A DNA stretch of 64,000 nt from Thermomicrobiales bacterium. Lineage in GTDB: Bacteria > Chloroflexota > Chloroflexia > Thermomicrobiales > UBA6265. Within the stretch, counting starts at the first letter, position 1, and each line of letters begins with the position of its first letter. The stretch spans positions 117,799-181,798 of the forward strand of contig DASZAY010000026.1 in assembly GCA_035944555.1 (NCBI GenBank). The letters run 5' to 3'. Positions 62,652-64,000 of the stretch are shown here, piece by piece. A model generated the notes under the pieces. That model saw only the letters and a program-made list of their open reading frames with translations, had not been told where the DNA came from and did no database searches. Made by a program: the position numbers and the translations under genes.

Positions 62652-63491
62652 CTACGCCACGCCGGCCAGCACCCCATTGCCGGGAATTGGCCGCAGCCCG
62701 GCCTCGGCCAGGATGTCGCGGACGCGGTCCGGGTAGTCCGTGATCACGCCACCAAGGCCCGCCCGGACCCGGTCGACGACCGTGTCCAGGTCGTGGATCA
62801 GCGCGACGGTTCCGACTCCGCGGGCGGTGGCCTCCGCCAGCACCTCGTCGGTCGCCGCCCACCACGGCAGGCTGACCGCCGCGGCCCGGGCGCCCGCCGC
62901 GTCGGCGATATGGGAGGCGAACTGGCGCCGGGTCCGCTGGAACCGGTTCTCGACCATCACGACCGTCGCCTCCGGCACCATCGACCGGGCCAGCAGGGCG
63001 GCCTCGGTGCCGTGCAGCCACAGCGCCGTCCGTGCGCCCAGCTCGCGGTGACGGATCTGGGACAGCGCTACCCGCACTGCCCGCTGGTCCTTGATGTGGA
63101 GGGCAGGACCGGGGAGGGCGGGGTCCGACGCGATCAGGTCCAGCGCGTCGGAGAGCTCCGGGAGGCGCTCCTCGTCGTCGCTGTCGTTCAGCACCATCCG
63201 GCGCAGCAGCTGACCGGGCGTCACCCGCACCGGCACCCGGTAGCGCGCCCCGGCCGGCCCGGCCGACCGCCCCAGATACCAGTCGTGATAGATGAACGGC
63301 GTTCCGCCAAGGCTGCGGCGAACGTCCAGCTCGACGAGGTCCGTGCCGAGCGCGCCGTTGGCCCGGATCCCGGCCAGGCTGTTCTCGACGACCCCCGGCG
63401 CGTTGGCACGGTGCGCGACGATGAACGGAACCGGCCAGGCCGCCCGGTCGAACGGGCTCCCGGTAACCGGTCGATCAGTCACAGTCGTCAT
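62652..63491 (-). CDS. Glycerophosphodiester-phosphodiesterase (GDPD) family protein
   Basis: FIVAHRANAPGVVENSLAGIRA....G.DLVELDVR.....P.IYHD pattern. Confidence 0.75.
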   Translation of the reverse strand: MTTVTDRPVTGSPFDRAAWPVPFIVAHRANAPGVVENSLAGIRANGALGTDLVELDVRRSLGGTPFIYHDWYLGRSAGPAGARYRVPVRVTPGQLLRRMVLNDSDDEERLPELSDALDLIASDPALPGPALHIKDQRAVRVALSQIRHRELGARTALWLHGTEAALLARSMVPEATVVMVENRFQRTRRQFASHIADAAGARAAAVSLPWWAATDEVLAEATARGVGTVALIHDLDTVVDRVRAGLGGVITDYPDRVRDILAEAGLRPIPGNGVLAGVA

Positions 63492-63657
63492 CTGTCGCTC
63501 GTTCCCTTCCAGTGAGCAGCCGGCCGATCACGTGGTACGCCAGGCATCTGCCGGTCCACGCGCAAGCATCGCACCCCGCCCTCGGGCACAAGGCCCGATC
63601 ACCCCGACACGGTATCGGGCGCCCATCATGAAGCGAACATAATCTCGCGGGGCACCA

Positions 63658-63666
63658 TGCTATAAT
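63658..63666 (+). promoter_or_regulatory. Extended -10 element (TGcTATAAT) upstream of typA
   Basis: TG at 63658-63659 and consensus TATAAT at 63661-63666, in a locally AT-richer stretch. No good -35 element. Confidence 0.4.
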
Positions 63667-63856
63667 CTGTTGGTTCCGTCGATCGGTCTTGCGTCCGTGC
63701 CTCTGTCACGGATCGCCCTTACGAGTGCCGGCGACCCCGGACCGGGATCGTCCCGGCCGTGCGGATTCTCCCGGATCCGCCACCCCTCCCCTGTCCCTTC
63801 CCCTGTCGGCCGCCGTTCACCCGGCCGGTCGATGCTCGTGTGGAGCACAACCGCCC

Positions 63857-64000
<144 letters not shown>

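Overview
High-GC (about two-thirds G+C by eye) bacterial chromosomal window. It is densely coded on both strands, and I can support about 58 protein genes. I found no rRNA, no intact tRNA, no CRISPR array, and no transposase, integrase or phage genes. Many long ORFs in the six-frame track are antisense artefacts of the high GC content and were not called.

Gene content from left to right:
- EamA transporter (partial), a fused MoaD-MoaE molybdopterin synthase, and a peptide-type ABC importer (binding protein plus two permeases, no ATPase).
- An ABC-F ATPase, a phosphotriesterase-family protein with a MazG-like partner, and an SMP-30 lactonase.
- A cell-elongation cluster, mreB-mreC-murT-gatD-mreD-mrdA.
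- Methylmalonyl-CoA epimerase, and a large LuxR-type (LAL/STAND) regulator.
- A 1,438-codon secreted repeat protein that ends in a sortase domain.
- SRPBCC, LLM and TIGR04076 genes, moeA, a CDF metal exporter, a Na+/H+ antiporter, and rel.
- Sugar kinases, an MmyB-type regulator cluster, and a Uma2 nuclease.
- A TPP enzyme, a beta-lactamase-fold hydrolase, an acyl-CoA dehydrogenase, and an ArsR regulator.
- Tandem LLM/F420-type oxidoreductases with PhyH and GDPD genes, and the 5' end of typA.

The gene content (MurT/GatD, several LLM/F420-type enzymes, Tat signals) fits a monoderm-type high-GC lineage such as Chloroflexota/Thermomicrobia or Actinomycetota. I cannot verify this.

The most unusual object is the gene at 26439-30755. 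One polypeptide carries a signal peptide, eight Cys-rich CnaB/SpaA-like repeats with Lys/Glu/Asn isopeptide-type signatures, an LPXTG-like YPNTG motif with no membrane anchor after it, and a C-terminal class-F-like sortase domain. This looks like enzyme and putative substrate fused in cis.

Secondary oddities:
- A low-GC, rare-codon patch inside the PBP2 transpeptidase domain.
- murT-gatD embedded in the mre operon.
- A degenerate tRNA-like remnant.
- Very long perfect hairpins.
- Two large non-coding gaps.
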